A DNA stretch of 64,000 nt from Vicugna vicugna. Taxonomy: Eukaryota. Position 1 is the first letter of the stretch, and each line of letters opens with the position of its first letter. The DNA is taken from positions 1,481,879 to 1,545,878 of the forward strand of contig MU057801.1 of assembly GCA_013265495.1 (NCBI GenBank), in the 5' to 3' direction. The translations under genes and the position numbers were made by a program. Below the pieces are notes generated by a model that saw nothing but the letters and a program-made list of their open reading frames with translations, searched no databases and was not told the origin of the DNA. Shown piece by piece: positions 1 through 10,680 of this stretch.

Positions 1-55
1 TCAAGTTAACACGAGGTCATTCGGGGGGTTGCAATTTAACACGACAAGTGACTGG

Positions 56-232
56 TTTTCTTTTTATTGAAATATAGTTGATTTACAATGTTGTGCTAAT
101 TTCATGTATATCACAAAGCGATTCAGCCACATGTATGCGTGTATATTCTTTCTCATATTATTTCCTATTAGAGTTCATTACAAGATACTGAATGTGGTTC
201 CCCGTGCTGTACGGTAGGACCTTCTTGTTTAT
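56..232 (-). mobile_element. LINE-1 3' UTR end fragment
   Basis: T-rich start then ATTGAAATATAGTTGATTTACAATGTTGTG...GTAGGACCTT, the reverse complement of the L1 3' end seen at 9600-9800; similar to 52573-52760. Confidence 0.85.
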
Positions 233-719
233 TTGGTCTGTCCTCCTCAGACTTTCTCTCCACTTCTCAGGGGAGCAATCATGGAACGGAAACTTCCAGA
301 CTCTTTCTTGCTTCCTTTCCCCCTCAAAAAGGAGCTAATATGGCTGGTGATGGCTTGCTGTGTTTTTAGGTCCGCACTGTCCACTGACGAGGTTACTGGA
401 CCACAACAGCAAAAGCTAAACAAAACAAGAAAACAAAGCCCAGGCCCCCACCTTCACTTTCTACCTTGTGCTGCTTCCTTCATGAATTGGGAGACGGTGC
501 CAGGCCCCCAGCTCCCACGCCCCGAGCATCCCAGGACAAGCCCACCCCTGCCTCGCACTCTTCTGGGAGCCTGTGCGGGAGACCTGACATCCTGGAGCTG
601 ATGGTGGAACCGCAGGGCGGGGGTGTCCCCAGGTCAGGGCAGCCTGGGGGCCCGTCGTGGCCTCCTATCTAACTAACTGCCACCCTCCTGTCCAACTGCT
701 GCCAAATCTCCTGCTATAT

Positions 720-741
720 TTACTATTATCACTATTATCAC

Positions 742-775
<34 letters not shown>

Positions 776-778
776 TTA
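720..778. repeat. (TAT)n microsatellite with CACTATTAT variants, abutting an L1 tail
   Basis: TACTATTATCACTATTATCACTATTATTATTATT... directly visible. Confidence 0.95.
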
Positions 779-895
779 ATTGAAGTACAGTCAGTTACAA
801 TGTGTCAATTTCTGGTGTGCAGCACACTGTCCCAGTCGTGCATATACAGACATATATTTGTTTTCATATTCTTTTTTCATTAAAGGTTACAGCTA
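775..895 (-). mobile_element. LINE-1 extreme 3' end, heavily 5'-truncated
   Basis: TTGAAGTACAGTCAGTTACAATGTGTCAATTTCTGG...TTCATTAAAGGTTA; highly similar to 2812-2975. Confidence 0.8.
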
Positions 896-2589
896 TAAAA
901 CAATAGCTAATGATAATAATCATCAAAATAGATCCCCACCGGGCCACGCGCCATCCTCCGGGGAGTCACTTTGAGCCTAATCCTTCGCAGGAAGGACGCC
1001 TGTCCCGACTTTTCCAGGCATTCTGCGCCCGGAGGCGGGATGTGCTTTCCCTGGCACTCTGACAAGAGCAGGACGCGCTGCTAGTGTTTCTCAGCGTGCT
1101 GATGCATTTACTCAACATGGAATGTGTAAGGGCTGCGTCAACGTGCTGCGGTCGTCACAACCATGCTGCTTTTAAGCGTGTCGTTTTGGTGTTCTTGATT
1201 TCTAAAACAGAAGCCTCAGGTCAGTTAAGGAAATGGATATTCCAGGACGTTACAATCCTGAGGAGCAGTAAGAGAAAGAAGGCGGAAAAAAAAAAGAAAC
1301 CGCTGAGGAAGCCGGGCTGGGCAATCTAAGAAAGCGCGTGTGAGCAGAAGCACCACATATAATGCTGAGTAGAATTCAAGCAGCCCCCAGAGCTCCTTGG
1401 AGAAAGGAGCCGCCTGAAATAGAAGTAAAAGAGACAACTTCCCCACATTCCTCATATCCTTTTTCCGGTCTTGGCCACCAAATGCATACGGCTGTGGGTT
1501 ACTGTTCAACAAAAACTGTGTCCTGGGAGACCTCACAGTAGCTCCTCTGGGGGCGCTTGGGGCTGACCCACTGGGGTCTCCTAAGACCACCTCATTTTTC
1601 CATCAGCCCGCTGCCCGAGACTTCGGGGAGAGACAGCTCTGAGGCTTTGGAAGAGGAACTTCAAGACCCTTTCAGGTTACATCTCTGTCAGACGGCCTCG
1701 CTCGGGGAGGGACTTGAGACATGCCTCCCCTTATCCGGGCCCCGTGTCTGCGGTCACGGCGATGGAGTTAGTCTCGGAAGCCTGGGCTGCGTCCCCCTGA
1801 TTTGCATGGTAGATGGTTACATGAACTCTACCTCGGTGAGGCTAAGGGATTCTGAAGCTCTGCCCACAGACGGCACCTGCTCCCTGTTCGGAGCACGTGC
1901 GTCTGTCTTGGCCCTGAGTCCCCAGCCCCTGGACTCAGTTCTATTTGTCAAATGAAGGCACAAGCAATGCACCTACCAGCTCCAACCTGCCCTGACACAG
2001 GGGAGAGCGAAGAAGGTACAGCCCGAAGGCGTGAAGGGACAGGGGGCCACGTGTGTGCTTCTCCATGGGAGGTGGCCGCATCTGGTGGCAACACCGACTT
2101 GCCACTGCATCTGCAGACCTTCATACACACTCTGTGGTTGTTGGGTCTTTAATACCACTAGGCCCACGACATCCTCAAGCAGAAGAACTTGTTCTTCGGT
2201 CTCTGAAGGATTGACCCTCCAAAGGGCAACCAAAAATCTGACAAAACATTCAGCAACAGTGTTTGGCCTCGTCTTTGGTGCCCCACTGAAAGCCAGGAAG
2301 CATCTGGGGGCAGCTGGCCCTTCTGAGATCCCAGAGGTGCCCCACTGACTCTCTGCTCCTGGTGCCCACCCCTTCTGTAGCCCTTCCCACCCCGAGTAGG
2401 GCTGACCCGTGTTGCCCACAGGATGCTGCGGAAGTGAAGGCACAGGCCTCCGAGGTCAGGTCCTAAAAGACACTGCGGCTCCTGCCTCGCTGCTCTCACG
2501 TCCCCTGCTCTGGGGGAAGTCTGCCGCCTCTCCGTGAGGACACTCAAGCAGCCCCACAGAGAAGTCCATCAGGTGAGGAACCGAGACCC

Positions 2590-2755
2590 CCGCGAGCGAC
2601 CCGTTTCCTTCACTGCAGCAGGTGAGTGAGAATAGTACACGCCCCACAGGATTTGATGAGGAGCAGATGGAATGACGCATGTCATGGCACAGGCTGCAGG
2701 TGCATGCCTTTTGCTGGTCACGTAACGCTCCTCGATACAGGCATATTACAGTCAT
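2590..2755 (+). mobile_element. MIR SINE fragment (core and 3' part)
   Basis: GTTTCCTTCACTG...AATAGTACACGCCCCACAGGATTTGATGAGGAG resembles the degenerate MIR core. Confidence 0.55.
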
Positions 2756-2811
2756 TAATCACCTTCCTTCAGGTGGGCACAGGGCTTGTTTTCACATTTT
2801 GCTACAAATCA

Positions 2812-2975
2812 CTTTTTTTTCTGAAGTATAGCCAGTTACAGTGTGTCAATTTCTGGGGTAGAGCAACATGTCTGGGTCACGCATATACATACATGTATTC
2901 ATTTTCGTATTCTTTTTCATTAAAGGTTATTGTAAGATATTGACTATAGTTCCCTGTGCAGTGCAGAAGAAATAT
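2812..2975 (-). mobile_element. LINE-1 extreme 3' end
   Basis: poly-T then GAAGTATAGCCAGTTACAGTGTGTCAATTTCTGG...TATAGTTCCCTGTGC; same subfamily as 775-895. Confidence 0.85.
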
Positions 2976-3969
2976 TCTTGAATATGATTGTTCATGTGAA
3001 GGTCATGAAGTCTACTTTGTGACAAGTGCCCCCCTCCCCCTTTCTTTCCCCACGTGCCACCATCAAAAGCTGAAAAACGGGCGAGAGACCACACTGTTGT
3101 GTGTGAGACTGGGGGACCCTGTGGGGACGTCATTTCCACCCAGAGGGTTTGAGAAGGGGATGCTTTTGCCATGAAATGGAAAAAGGATGGTGACAGACAC
3201 ATCTCCTTAGAGTAGCCTCTGGCCCCACAGGAGAGGAAGACCTGTGGCTTCTGACAACATTAGCATCGGTATTTCTTTTAACACGTTCCCAGATAACTCC
3301 ACCTTCATGGTCAGAATTTATCTCAGCTTTTCTGCAAATGCTTCTCTCTCCTAGTAATCAGATTTCCTAAGGCTTTTTGGCCCCTTAGGGAATGCATCTG
3401 GTCCTGTGGTGAGGCTATCTAGGGTTTAACTAATCATGCTGAATGCTTTCCGCCATTCTTGTTCATGTTTGATCACTCTTTTATAACACACTAAATTAAA
3501 CTAAAGGTGCTTGTTTCTGGGTTGTCTCTTTCACTTCCTTGGCTTGACTGTGTATTTTGCACCATAGCTGCAGTGATTGGATTTTTGTGCTTTTCTTGTG
3601 TTTTGATACATGATCCAAGGGCCCTCCCCCCCACTTCTTTTTTTCATTCCAAAAGTTCTAGCTTTTCTTCTCAACTTCTTGATGAGAAAATAAAAGATGA
3701 AAAGATAGGTGTGAAGACAGGGTAGATCACACAGGCTCAGTCGAGGTGAAGCACGTGGTTTCCCTCTTGCTTGTCTTTCACCCCAAATTGGTGCTTTTCC
3801 TTCCTGCTTCCTCTGCTTTCCTTCTCTCTTCCTCTTTTCTTCACTGATGTTCCGGAGTTTGTATTTTCCACTGATTGATTTGCTGGCTTCCTGATGGGTC
3901 TTTTCTACATTTACCGTCTTTCATTTTGGAGTTATTGACAAATCCCTCAACTTTCTGTTTTCAGGATTT

Positions 3970-4295
3970 TAAAAAGTGAGGACTAGCAGAGATCAGCAAA
4001 GTGCACGCAGCACGCTGCCCTTACGCGTACGGTTCGGCCCATTCTAACTGCCGCCAAGGTCAAGAACCCGCGAGGCTCTCCCATTCTCTTCCAGGTCTAT
4101 CATCTCCATCTGGAATCAACCACCACCCTGACTTCATCCCCGCATGTCGGGGCTGCCTGTCCTTCAACTTCGTGACGATGGAATCACACTGTTGGTCTTC
4201 TCGTGTCTGACTCCTTTTGCTCACCATTATGTGAGATTCATTCATGTTTCGTGGGTACCAGGAGTTTCTCGTTTTTGCTGTTGTGTAGTGTTAAA
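3970..4295 (-). mobile_element. ancient L1M fragment (L1MC/L1ME-like)
   Basis: ATGGAATCACAC...GTGTCTGACTCCTTTTGCTCACCATTATGTGAGATTCATTCATG, typical of old L1 3' regions in antisense. Confidence 0.65.
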
Positions 4296-5717
4296 ATGCA
4301 AAAAAAAAAAAAAGCACACTGTATTCACCAGAACAGGCATATTCTTAAACAACATTTTAGTAAGTCTTATTATGTAAAGAATGTCTCAGAATTAGAACAG
4401 AGGTCTTTGCATGGCATAAAGAGAGGCTTTCTAGACCTAACTCAGCAAATTTGGACCGTCCTTTGCAGCAAATGGTCACAGAATTTGACCTCAGTGTGTA
4501 CCTTCTCATCTGTGAGATAAGGACCTTTTTCTTCTGAGTATCTCCTGAAATACAGAGGCTTAAATCTACTATCCTCAAAGTCCCACAACAGCTAGGGAAG
4601 CCCTGCGGTCTCAAAAGGCAGAGAAGACAGTTAGAAGCTGGTTTGAATGTCTTCTGTGCTAATTACATTTCTCCCCTTGTATGTAGACCCTGAGGTGATG
4701 TGAAATATTTGAAATGAAGGGGTCTGTATGCGTTTTAGGACAGTAAGTAGTTCACGATAGTTCCCATGATCACCTGAGACACGTAGAAAGAGGCCAAAGG
4801 CTTGACAGCAGGCAGAACAGGTTTGCGGATGGCAGGCGTGGGCAGACCCTGCCGTTTACTTTGGAAGCAATTTGTCACTGTCAGACACACAGTGGCCTCG
4901 ATGAGCTCTGTTCAAACAAGAATATAGTTTGCATCCTGACATTTCCCTGAAAACAGCAAGTTTCTTTTATCACCAGGGCAGTTTTCAAGCTCCATCTCCA
5001 CTGTTGTAAAGGTGAGTTGAGTTTCTTGGGAGCGGTTCTGTTGAGCGATGTCACTTGCTCGTGAAAACCCGTCATTTGACTTTTCCAGCTTCCATCCTTT
5101 CATGTCCTCTTACTGTCTCAGTAAACTTGACAGTGATTGATTTCCGTATTTTGTGCTTGCTGAACTCAGCTTCACTCCTCAAGCAGCCATGTACGCCCAT
5201 GTACGCGACTGTGGGTCACTGATTCTTAAACTCTTATAAAGGAAGCTAATAATTTAAATATATGAGTCAAAGATGAAAATAAGACCATTTTTTAAGAATA
5301 ATAATCTAAAATCAGCTTTGAATAGAAATGACTGTTTAGCCATTACAGAGTTGTAGTCTTGCTGAAACTCGGAGTAAAACCAAGTCGCTGTTCCCATGAG
5401 GCAGGAAAGTATGAAATTACTGCAGACTTTTGTATCAGAAGAATGGGAAGAAAAGAGTTAATGTATAATTGCATGTGTATACCTTTCCCAGCTTCTATTC
5501 CCTTAAAAGGATCTTTACAACTATGAAAAATTTGTAAATTTAAAATATCTTTTTTTTTGTTATGAAGGAAATGTACCCAGATTGTAGAAACAGTAGAAAA
5601 CATACACAGTTCCACAACAGAAAAAATTTTAAAAACTTATGTAAAAATAACCACAGCAGCCCCCGTACCTGAATCTTTAGAATTCTAGGCCTGGACAATG
5701 TGTAGGCAGTATTTAGC

Positions 5718-5935
5718 CTGGGGGTTTGGCAAACCGAGGCCCCTGGGCTAAATCCAACCAGCCGCCCGTTTGTAGGTAAGGTCTGATTGGAACACAAGCC
5801 GCATGTTTACAGACCGTCTCTGGCTGCTTGGGAACCACGCCACAGAGCTGAGTAGCTGTGACAGAGACCACATGGCTTGAACAGCCTGAAATATTTGCCA
5901 TCTGGCCCTTTACAGAAAACATTTGCTGACTTCTG
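5718..5935. mobile_element. MER58A-like hAT-Charlie non-autonomous DNA transposon, near full length
   Basis: Termini CTGGGGGTTTGGCAAAC / TTTGCTGACTTCTG; internal GAGCTGAGTAGCTGTGACAGAGACC and ATCTGGCCCTTTACAGAAAA match the recalled MER58A consensus. Confidence 0.9.
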
Positions 5936-6089
5936 GTCTAGTTCATCCAGTAAAGATTACATTATCGGGAGAAGCACCCTTGAACCAACCACGCTGTGCC
6001 TGGATCTTACCTCGAGGAACTTACAGCCTAACTGGAAAAGGTAAGGCTTGGACATTAGTACAGTTTGAAGTATAAGAAAGTGACTAGTG

Positions 6090-6400
6090 CTGTGGGAGGG
6101 ACAACATGCTTCGGGATTTCCGAGGGAGCACTGGGAAGGCATCGTGGGGAAGGCGACGGTGGAGCTCACCAGCCTGATGCTTGACCACGCCCACATGGCT
6201 GTGGAACATTCCCCTCCCACTGACCACGCCCACATGGCTGTGGAACATTCCCCTCCCACCTGACCACGCCCACATGGCTGTGAGATATTCCCTTCCCAAG
6301 AACAGCAGTAAGAAAGGCTCAGAGGTGGGGAAGCACTGGGCACGTGTGAGGGCCTCCAGGCAGACCACGGGGATTAGTACGAGGGCCTATGGAAGAGCGG
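6090..6400 (-). mobile_element. L2 LINE fragment interrupted by a minisatellite
   Basis: GAACAGCAGTAAGAAAGGCTCAGAGGTGGGGAAGCAC resembles the L2 block also seen at 59430-59480. Confidence 0.5.
6182..6298. repeat. tandem repeat, 3 copies of a 39-40 bp unit
   Basis: TGACCACGCCCACATGGCTGTG begins at 6182, 6221 and 6261. Confidence 0.95.
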
Positions 6401-6496
6401 GCTGGGGGATACACTTGGGATGACAGGGCTGGTGGATTTAATGTGGGCTGAGAACGTGTTTCGTGTGGTCGGTTTAAAGGCGGTGGAAGGAAAACA

Positions 6497-6845
6497 TGGT
6501 CATTATAGAAGTTTAAGATGTACCCACAAGTTCTTTGACAGTCTTTTCAAAAGATGGAGTTGCAGTCCTCTCCCCTGGAGTGAGGACAGGGCTGGACTTA
6601 GAGAGTCACACTGAAAGAACAGAGGAAGGTGAGAGGCAGGTCTTCCAGCCCTAGCTAGCCATTGGATTATGGCAGCTGCCGACGACCACTGGACAGACCT
6701 CCTGAAAGACCTTGAGCCAGATCCTCCCAGTGAAGTTGCTCCTGGACTCCTGACCCACCCTCAGAAACCCTGTGATTTGATGAATGACTGTTGTTTTAAG
6801 CCACTAAGTTCTGGGGCAATTTGTTACGCACAATAGATAAGGGAT
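6497..6845 (+). mobile_element. MaLR LTR (MLT1F/G-like), internally deleted
   Basis: 3' end TGTTGTTTTAAGCCACTAAGTTCTGGGGCAATTTGTTACGCACAATAGATAA; matches the end of 21314-21835. Confidence 0.85.
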
Positions 6846-6893
6846 ACTGTTACCATCTTTATAGTGTTGCTTTGGGCAGAATAAATGCAGTCA

Positions 6894-6968
6894 TTTCCTT
6901 CCTTCCTTTCTTCCTTCCATCCATCCATCCATCCATCCATCCCTCCATCCCTCCACCCACCCATCCAC
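6894..6968. repeat. compound (TTCC)n/(TCCA)n microsatellite
   Basis: TTTCCTTCCTTCC...CCATCCATCCATCC directly visible. Confidence 0.9.
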
Positions 6969-7129
6969 TGACCACATTCATGGGCGTGTCCTTCCTGCAG
7001 GGCACCATGGGAGGCCCTGGTCCCCTGGCTTCCTGGAATGCAGCAGTGGGTAGGGTGGACCTCGCTAAGCGAGCCTGGAGATGGGCAGGCGGCCCTCCCA
7101 GGGGTCCAGGAGGGCGGGGCTGGTAGCAG

Positions 7130-7815
7130 ACACACGGTGTGCGCTGGCTGCGGGGGTGGGGCAGGCTGGATCGGCAGAGGGTTACTGTCCGGGAGGAACT
7201 GTCACCCGATGCGGGAAAGGGGCCGGCCGGTAAACCCCCCGCTTCTCGCTCCAGGCCAGGGCGGCTCTGAGGTGCGTGCCTCCCCGGCCCCCAGAGGGCT
7301 GCGTGGGGCGGAGCCACGGCAGCCGTCCTTTCAGTCCCACCCTGTACTGATGGACAGTGTCGCGTCCCCTGAGCTCTCAGCGCTTCCTGGGTCACTCGCC
7401 GGGCGGGTGGCTTGCCTCCCAGTCCTTGTGCCGGGGGCCGCTGTTGGGCGGACCCACACGAGCTGAGTAACGCAGGTCTGACTTCGAGAACGTGAGACAA
7501 CCGGACGTGGCGCCACTCGCAGCGAAGCACCGAGCTGAGCGATGCCCGAGATGAAGCACCTTCCAGACGCTCCAGACCCCTGGGCTCAGAACCCGAGGCG
7601 CGGGGTGCACGTGGCTGCGTGGCCCGGCGGCGAGGCGGCAGCACGGGGACCGGCACCCGCCTTCCAGGCTCTTCCGCACGTTGCGCATCCTAGGGTCCTC
7701 TTCCACCAGGCTGCCCTGCGCCCCACGCTGCTGACGGAGCCGGACGCCCGGAAGCTCGGAAGCCCGTACGCGGCGGGGCCAGAGGTCCAGCTGGTCAGCT
7801 GACCCCAGGCCGAAG
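7130..7815. promoter_or_regulatory. orphan CpG-rich patch (CpG-island-like)
   Basis: Visibly high GC and CpG density relative to flanks; no associated exon recognised. Confidence 0.55.
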
Positions 7816-7964
7816 GGCTCACTGGCCCCCTTTGAGGATCTAAATCCACCTGTGTTTGCAACTTCACAGGAGAGTGATTCAGAAGACTTTGGGACTTACT
7901 CCTTCAAGTAGCTTGATTTTAGGGTTCAAACGTAGAAATGAGTGGAAAGCATTCATAAAACAGC

Positions 7965-8050
7965 ACATTTATTCATCCCTTAATTTGTTTATTGAATACT
8001 AATTATGATCAGGCACTGCTCTGGGGAGCCAATAAGGACGGTTCTCATCT
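7965..8050 (-). mobile_element. L2 3' end fragment
   Basis: TTTATTGAATACTAATTATGATCAGGCACTG, antisense L2 tail motif. Confidence 0.55.
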
Positions 8051-8384
8051 CTCCCAAGGTTTCTGCCTACAATACATTTATTTCAGCAAAAAAGCAACTC
8101 GATTTAAAGGCACAATTTAGCTAGGCAGTAAAGGCGGTAGGCAAATAATTGGAATTTGATGGGACAAGAGAAATTCATTTTGAAACCCGTTCTACCAGAA
8201 AAGAAAGAAACAACCTTAAAACGACATCTTGTCCAAGCTGAACTGAGTGCCATGCTTTTTGTTTCTAACCCTGAACGCATTTAACCAGAGTCAGGCTTTG
8301 CTTCACGAGAAGGAAGTTACAGGGAATGAGTTACACCGAACCCTGGGAGCGGCCTGGCTCTTCCCTGAGAAGGATATGAGTTTT

Positions 8385-8540
8385 GAAGTCAAGACAAGCT
8401 GGGTTTCAGTTCTGGTTCCTCCACAGCAGAATGAGACCTTGTCCCTCAGACCGCAGTGCCGGCATCTCCAGCGCGGGCGGACGCACCCTCCAGGCGGATT
8501 GTGGTGAGAGCACGCGGGGAGTGTTCGCGCGGATGGCGGC
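8385..8540 (+). mobile_element. MIR SINE, GC-shifted
   Basis: AGTCAAGACAAGCTGGGTTTCAGTTCTGGTTCCTCCAC (MIR 5' part), then CAGTGCCGGCATCTCCAGCGCGGG in place of the core CAGTTTCCTCATCTGTAAAATGGG. Confidence 0.55.
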
Positions 8541-8970
8541 TGCGGGTGTCGCCGCCCCACCTGAGGCTCAGGCTGGGCGTGAGGTCCTGGCTCCTGACGT
8601 CGTGCGCAAGTGCTGCCAGAGGCCGCGGGCATTTCACGTGTGTGTCTGGGCTTCGCTGAGCCTCCAGGGCTGCTGAGCACGGCACACTTTTTGTGCTTTT
8701 ATTTTCAGTGTTTCTTCTTTCTTCTCCTTCTTTTTCTCCCCCTCCCCTTTTTCTTTTTCCTTATTTTCTTCATTTGATATATTAAGTCCCCAGACAGAGG
8801 CCGCTGTTGGGAGGGACTTGGACGCCGCAGGATGCACGGATCCAGCCACAGAGAGCAGAGCCAGCGCTGGGCGGTTACCTGTCCAGAGCGGATGTGTGAA
8901 TGAACAGCCCTTATTCTCATGTGTTTGCCCCACTGCCTGTTTGTCTCTGACATTTCTTAAAAGAGCAGGA

Positions 8971-9800
8971 GGTATCACCTAACACCGGTCAGAATGGCCA
9001 CCATCAAAACATCTACGAATAATAAATGCTGGCAATGGTGTGGAGAAAAGGGAGCCCTCCTGCACTGCTGGTGGGAATGTAAACTGGTGCAGCCACTATG
9101 GAGGACAGTATGGAGATTCCGTAAAAGATTAAAAATAGACTTACCGTGTGATCCAGCAATCCCACTCCTGGACATATATCCAGAGGGAACCTTAATTAAA
9201 AAATATACATGCACCCCAATATTCATAGCAGCACTGTTTACAACAGCCAAGACATGGAAACAACTTAAGTGTCAATCAACAGATGACTGGGTAAAGAAGA
9301 TGCGGTATATTTATGTATACACAATGGAATATTACTCAGCCATAGAAAAGAATGAAATAATGACATTTGCAGCAACATAAATGGAAATAAGAGATGATCA
9401 TACTAGGTGAAGTAAGGCAGACAGAGAAAGACAAATATTATATGATACCACTTCTATGTAGAAGCTAAAAAAAATACAAATGAAGAAGTTATTTATAAAA
9501 CAGAAACAGACTCACCGTCAGAAAACTAACTTATTGTTACCAAAGGGGAAAGGGTGGGGGAGGATAAACTAGGAGTTTGGGGTTTACAGATATACACCAC
9601 TATACATAAAATAGTTAAGCAACAAGGATTTGCTGTAGAGCACAGGGAACTATATTCAATATCTTGTAATAACCTATGATAGAACAGAATCTGAAAAGGA
9701 ATATATATATATATATATATATGTGTATATATGTCTGAATCACCTTGCTGTCCATGTGGAACTAACACGATATTGTAAACTGACTGTAGTTCAGATTTTG
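8971..9800 (+). mobile_element. 5'-truncated LINE-1 (ORF2 C-terminus plus 3' UTR) with target-site duplication
   Basis: ORF 8994-9380 has the L1 ORF2p Cys-rich C-terminus ([41 protein letters not shown]). TSD AAAGAGCAGGA (8960-8970) / AAAGTGCAGGA (9801-9811). TTAAAA endonuclease-type site at 8957-8962. Confidence 0.97.
9701..9731. repeat. (TA)n microsatellite within the L1 3' UTR
   Basis: ATATATATATATATATATATATGTGTATATA. Confidence 0.9.
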
Positions 9801-10409
9801 AAAGTGCAGGACGAGGCCTACACTAGGACAGAGAGTGTTTCCCGTGCCTGCTGGCCAGCTCTTTCCTTCGGACACACTTGTTTGCATTTCCTTTGTGGCA
9901 GAAAGTGCGCACTGTGGGGGCAGCTGACGTCCAGCTTCAGGGCGGGTGCTCTGCCATCACTGGCTACATTATCTTCTGGTCAGGACTCCTCGGCCGCTGG
10001 AATGTGACCTTCTGACCGCTGGCTGATCGGGTCAGTGCAATCGAGCATTAGATCCTCTTTTGATGATCCCAGATGGACAGGACCAGCTTGATAGCTGTCC
10101 TGTGATCTTCTAGGTCAACCTTTGCTGCTTCAGGTGGGTGACTCCACCACAAAATCCTTTGGAGGAGACAGTGAAAGGCGGGCACCGCAGACATGATCCG
10201 GGAAAGACACACAGTAAGCGCTGCATTTTGTTGATAACATCTCAAAAGTATTCAAATGCAGTATCATTATAAAATGGGCATGTTTAAAACTCAGCTGATC
10301 ATTTTAAAAATCAGTTTTTTAAAGAAAGATCATTACTGTTCATATTTCTATAATAACAAACATTTTTCACATGTTGGAAAAGTGCTTTAATGAGTTTCTC
10401 TGGACTGAG

Positions 10410-10680
10410 ATTTTATTTTAAATGGAGGAAAATTGACACAGAACAGTATATTAGTTTCAGGTTTGCAACATAATATGCAATACTTGTGTGCACAGTAAAG
10501 TGACCACCACAGTAAGTCTAGTTACCACCTGTCACCATACACAGTTACAAAAGGGTTTTTTTTGTTGTTGTTTTTGTCCTTTTTGTGTGATGAAGGCTTT
10601 AAAGGTTTACTCTCTTAGCAACTTCCAAATTTGCAGCACAGTATTATTAACTATAGTCATCACGCTGTCCATGAGACCCT
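10410..10680 (-). mobile_element. LINE-1 3' end (L1MA9-like)
   Basis: CACAGTAAGTCTAGTTACCACCTGTCACCATAC...TACTCTCTTAGCAACTTCCAAAT...GTATTATTAACTATAGTCATCA. Confidence 0.85.

Noticed and set aside
6182..6298. CRISPR-like array
   Set aside because: Head-to-tail tandem units without unique spacers, in mammalian DNA with no cas genes
6859..7656. 265 aa minus-strand ORF
   Set aside because: Runs through a CpG patch into the (TCCA)n microsatellite (GWMDGWMD)
8994..9380. 128 aa Cys/Trp-rich ORF as a host gene
   Set aside because: It is the L1 ORF2p C-terminus inside a 5'-truncated insertion
10075..10105. Small hairpin ACAGGAC-CAGCT-TGAT-AGCTG-TCCTGT
   Set aside because: About 11 bp stem, too short for a pre-miRNA, with no snoRNA box arrangement; plausible by chance
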